DNA of 64,000 nucleotides from Spirochaetae bacterium HGW-Spirochaetae-5 (GTDB lineage Bacteria; Spirochaetota; UBA4802; UBA5550): NCBI GenBank assembly GCA_002839285.1, contig PGXT01000004.1, positions 1,248 to 65,247 of the forward strand, read 5' to 3'. Shown piece by piece: positions 61,055 to 64,000 of this stretch (position 1 is its first letter; each line of letters starts with the position of its first letter). The notes under the pieces were generated by a model. It saw only the letters and a program-made list of their open reading frames with translations, ran no database searches and was not told where the DNA came from. The position numbers and the translations under genes were made by a program.

Positions 61055-61885
61055 ATGAAAGAGAAAGTAAAAGAAGTTAAAATGAAAAGACGCTGGGGAA
61101 TGGCAATAGACCTGGACAAGTGTACCGGCTGCGGTAAGTGTTCAGTTGCCTGTAACCAGGAAAACAATATGCCGATCTTCGAAGATGACTCAGATGTGCC
61201 GAAAAGAGTTGCTTTTCTTGAACTTATGAAGGTTACAAATGACAGAGACGCGAAGTTTCCAGATGTAAAAACAGCATATCTTCCAAAAATGTGCCAGATG
61301 TGTGAAGGTAACGACCCTAAAAATCCTAACCCCCCTTGTGTATCAGTGTGTCCTGCTGTCGCAACAGATGTGGGCGATGACGGAGTTGTAAGCCAGATCT
61401 GGTCAAGATGTATAGGCTGCCGGTACTGTCAGACTGCGTGTCCCTACGAAGCCCGTGTTTTCAACTGGTGGAAACCTGAGTACGAAGGTTCATTCAAAAA
61501 ATCTCTCAGCACAGACGTTTCGGTTGCATCAAGAGGTACCGTTGTTAAATGTACATTCTGCAGCCATATATGGAAAAGAGAGAGAGATGCGGCAACTGCA
61601 AAGGGGATACTTGATATCAACGCAGTTCTCTATACTCCGGCATGTGCAGGAACCTGCCCCACTGGAGCTATAGTATTCGGCGATCTTAACGATCATGATT
61701 CAGAAGTATATAAACTGACGCAAACGGATAGAGCTGTAAGGCTGACAAACCCTGTGGATGATGTAAAGGATGCTGACAAGAAAAAATCGCTCCTGAAAGC
61801 CAAGCAGTTTACTAATCCGAAAGTTTATTATTTAACAAGCCAGCAGTGGCTCCGCGATATGATGCGGTTTAAAAAGAACTCCTGA
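61055..61885 (+). CDS. qrcC: QrcC-like 4Fe-4S subunit (NrfC/DmsB type)
   Basis: RWGMAIDLDKCTGCGKCSVAC, CQMC..PPCVSVCP, CIGCRYCQTACPY, KCTFC..PACAGTCP. Confidence 0.85.
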   Translation: MKEKVKEVKMKRRWGMAIDLDKCTGCGKCSVACNQENNMPIFEDDSDVPKRVAFLELMKVTNDRDAKFPDVKTAYLPKMCQMCEGNDPKNPNPPCVSVCPAVATDVGDDGVVSQIWSRCIGCRYCQTACPYEARVFNWWKPEYEGSFKKSLSTDVSVASRGTVVKCTFCSHIWKRERDAATAKGILDINAVLYTPACAGTCPTGAIVFGDLNDHDSEVYKLTQTDRAVRLTNPVDDVKDADKKKSLLKAKQFTNPKVYYLTSQQWLRDMMRFKKNS

Positions 61886-61908
61886 ATAAGGCAGATGGAG
61901 AGATTATA

Positions 61909-63162
61909 ATGGAAATATTAAAAAAATGGTTCAAAGCCGGTTATGACGGAATATTCGAAGGAACGTCAAAAAATATGAGAATCGCTCTTTATGTTCTCAT
62001 TGTTTTGTCAATTCTTTTCGGAATTTTCGCGATCCAGATCCTTTTCTGGGGACTTGGATATACCGATATGGATAACAACTTTGCCTGGGGAGCCTGGATT
62101 ATCGGCGACCTTGGTCTTGTAGCGCTTGGAGGGGGAGCTTTCACAACGGGATATCTTCTCTACATTTTCAGAGTTGATAAACTCCGTCCGATAATTAATT
62201 CAACTGTTCTTATCGGATTTATGTGTTACCTCTTTACATTCGTTTTTCTTCTTTTTGACCTGGGTCAGCCCCTTAGAGCCTGGTTCGGTTTCGCATATCC
62301 GAACTGGGGACAGGGAGTTTATCCGGTATCAATGCTTACAGAAGTTTTCTTCTGCTTATCACTTTACTTCTGTATTCTTGTTGTTGAGCTTATACCTACA
62401 GTTCTTGAACATAAAGTTCTTATAAAGAACAAGTATGTGGCAATGGTTGCCCACTACATGCATTTACTTATGTGGACAATGGCTGCCGGCGGAACTTTTC
62501 TTTCATTCTTTCACCAGGGTTCACTCGGTGGAGGTATGTGGGGAGTTCTTTACGCAAAGACTGTCTGGTATGCACCTCACTTCTTCTTCATGGCAGTTGT
62601 TGCCGCAATGGCCGGTGGTACATCTTTTATGACACTTGTACCATACATAGCGGGAAAAATTATGAAAAAAGAAGTAGTGCCGATGGAGACTTACCAGATA
62701 TTAACACGGATCTCTGGTTTTATTTTCATTTTCTACTTTATTTTCAGATCATACGATATTTACGCAGCTGTTTACAAGTATGCTCCGATGGGGGGCAGAG
62801 AGTTTATAGATATGTGGGGCGGTTATTACGGTATATGGATGCTCGTACTTGAAATGCTGCTTTTTGCCGGTCCTCTGATTTTCCTTAACATTAAGAAATA
62901 CAGAGAACAGGAGAAGTTCATGGTTATCGGAGCTTCCTGCGGAGTTGGAGCAATAGTTGTAAGCAAACTAAGTGTTCTTCTTCACGGCTTCTCTGCACCT
63001 AACTTCCCATGGAAAGGATTCACAGCTTACGGTCCTACATTTCAGGAGTGGATTATTACATTCGGAGTTTTCGCTCTAATGATCCTGATCTATATGGCTT
63101 TCGTAAAATGGTTCCCTCTTTTTCCTCATCTCGAACATAATGAGCATGATGCTCATCATTAA
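61909..63162 (+). CDS. qrcD: QrcD-like NrfD/PsrC-family membrane subunit
   Basis: FAWGAWI..DL..VALGGGAF, DLGQPLRAW, SMLTEV..C..LY, SFFHQGSLGG; about 10 TM helices. Confidence 0.85.
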   Translation: MEILKKWFKAGYDGIFEGTSKNMRIALYVLIVLSILFGIFAIQILFWGLGYTDMDNNFAWGAWIIGDLGLVALGGGAFTTGYLLYIFRVDKLRPIINSTVLIGFMCYLFTFVFLLFDLGQPLRAWFGFAYPNWGQGVYPVSMLTEVFFCLSLYFCILVVELIPTVLEHKVLIKNKYVAMVAHYMHLLMWTMAAGGTFLSFFHQGSLGGGMWGVLYAKTVWYAPHFFFMAVVAAMAGGTSFMTLVPYIAGKIMKKEVVPMETYQILTRISGFIFIFYFIFRSYDIYAAVYKYAPMGGREFIDMWGGYYGIWMLVLEMLLFAGPLIFLNIKKYREQEKFMVIGASCGVGAIVVSKLSVLLHGFSAPNFPWKGFTAYGPTFQEWIITFGVFALMILIYMAFVKWFPLFPHLEHNEHDAHH

Positions 63163-63165
63163 TAT

Positions 63166-63194
63166 AAAAAAGCTGCCGAAAGGCAGCTTTTTTT
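63166..63194 (+). terminator. Intrinsic terminator of the qrc operon
   Basis: aaaaaagctgcc-gaaa-ggcagctttttt followed by a T-run. Confidence 0.85.
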
Positions 63195-63353
63195 ATTTAT
63201 AGACTGAAAATAATCCGCTGCCAAAATAATAAATAAAGCCCGCCCAGGTTTAAGATTGACAAAATTTATCTGATCAAATTATTATAATAAAAGCTGCAGT
63301 GTGAATTGATCTGAATTTTTTATGCCGCTATATACCGACAAAGGCTGATGTTT

Positions 63354-64000
63354 ATGGAAAACATATTAGATAAAATAAGCATATACGTGGTCCCTCCCCT
63401 CCTTTCAATTATTTTCGGATGGACTCTTGCGTCAATATCTCTACTTAAAGGAAAATTCCGTACTGAAAATATTCTTTTCTCTCTTGTCTGCATATGGTGG
63501 ACACTGATGCCGCTGGTATTTTTATCTCACCATATTTTTAAAGGTAATATTGGTCTGATAATGACAATAGAGAGAACTTTCCATTTTCTATATGTATACA
63601 TGCCGGCCATTCTTCTACTTTATCTGCATAAATCCTTTAACCTGGACAAGAGGTACCTTGTAGCTGCTTCATTCGTATTAAGTTTCTGTATTTCACTTTT
63701 TGTTCCTACAGAATATTATATATCCGGACTCCACACTTACAACTGGGGATACAGCGCAAAAGGTGAAACAGTATTTATACTTTTCGGTACCACCGCTTTC
63801 ATTCAGCTGCTATATGTAATATGGTTTTTTATCGGAAAGGTAAGAACGGTTCAGAACAACACCGAGCGGCTTAAACTTAAATATATACTACTTTCATTCA
63901 TAGCTGCCGCTTTTCTGATGATATTCAATGTTCCAGCTATCAACGGAATAGACTTCTACGCCTATGGTAATTTCATGTTTATACCTCTGGTACTTATAGC
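63354..64000 (+). CDS. Multi-TM sensor N-terminus (7TM histidine-kinase-type domain), 3'-truncated by window edge
   Basis: Open frame from ATG 63354 to the window end (MENILDKISIYVVPPLLS..YNWGYSAKG..PAINGIDFYAYGNFMFIP); absent from the ORF track because it has no stop. Confidence 0.7.
   Translation, partial: MENILDKISIYVVPPLLSIIFGWTLASISLLKGKFRTENILFSLVCIWWTLMPLVFLSHHIFKGNIGLIMTIERTFHFLYVYMPAILLLYLHKSFNLDKRYLVAASFVLSFCISLFVPTEYYISGLHTYNWGYSAKGETVFILFGTTAFIQLLYVIWFFIGKVRTVQNNTERLKLKYILLSFIAAAFLMIFNVPAINGIDFYAYGNFMFIPLVLI

Overview
Bacterial chromosomal DNA, roughly 42% GC by eye, from an anaerobic diderm organism (outer-membrane beta-barrels, TolC, lipoproteins, multiheme cytochromes). A Spirochaetota- or Desulfobacterota-like lineage is my inference. 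No rRNA, tRNA, CRISPR array, integrase or transposase was seen. Contents from left to right: (1) tetraheme cytochrome c3 (5'-truncated)-metV-metF; (2) a minus-strand sulfur-trafficking cluster metY-[REP-like repeat array]-cysK-rrf2-mnmA-thiF/moeB-sufS-fdhD-merC(broken); (3) an osmo/salt-stress block: ino1, broken CPA antiporter, treS, TPS/TPP, KamA-family radical SAM, nhaA; (4) DUF433/DUF5615 toxin-antitoxin, SPFH/NfeD, slyX; (5) an 8.4-kb array of five secreted proteins sharing a distinctive GxWDxPG ricin-type beta-trefoil, shuffled with glutaredoxin, transglutaminase-like, papain-like and unknown domains (best candidate for an undescribed system); (6) mscS, a LolA-like/ABC/beta-barrel cassette, a promoter-backed structured-RNA candidate, and TolC+RND without an adaptor gene; (7) antiporter, OMP, degenerate GGDEF protein, CorA, split MetH, a 4Fe-4S protein, a QrcABCD-type complex and a truncated 7TM sensor. 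About six apparent deletion scars, three families of dispersed palindromic repeats and a marked CCGG excess are also visible. All family assignments come from motif recognition; no database search was run.
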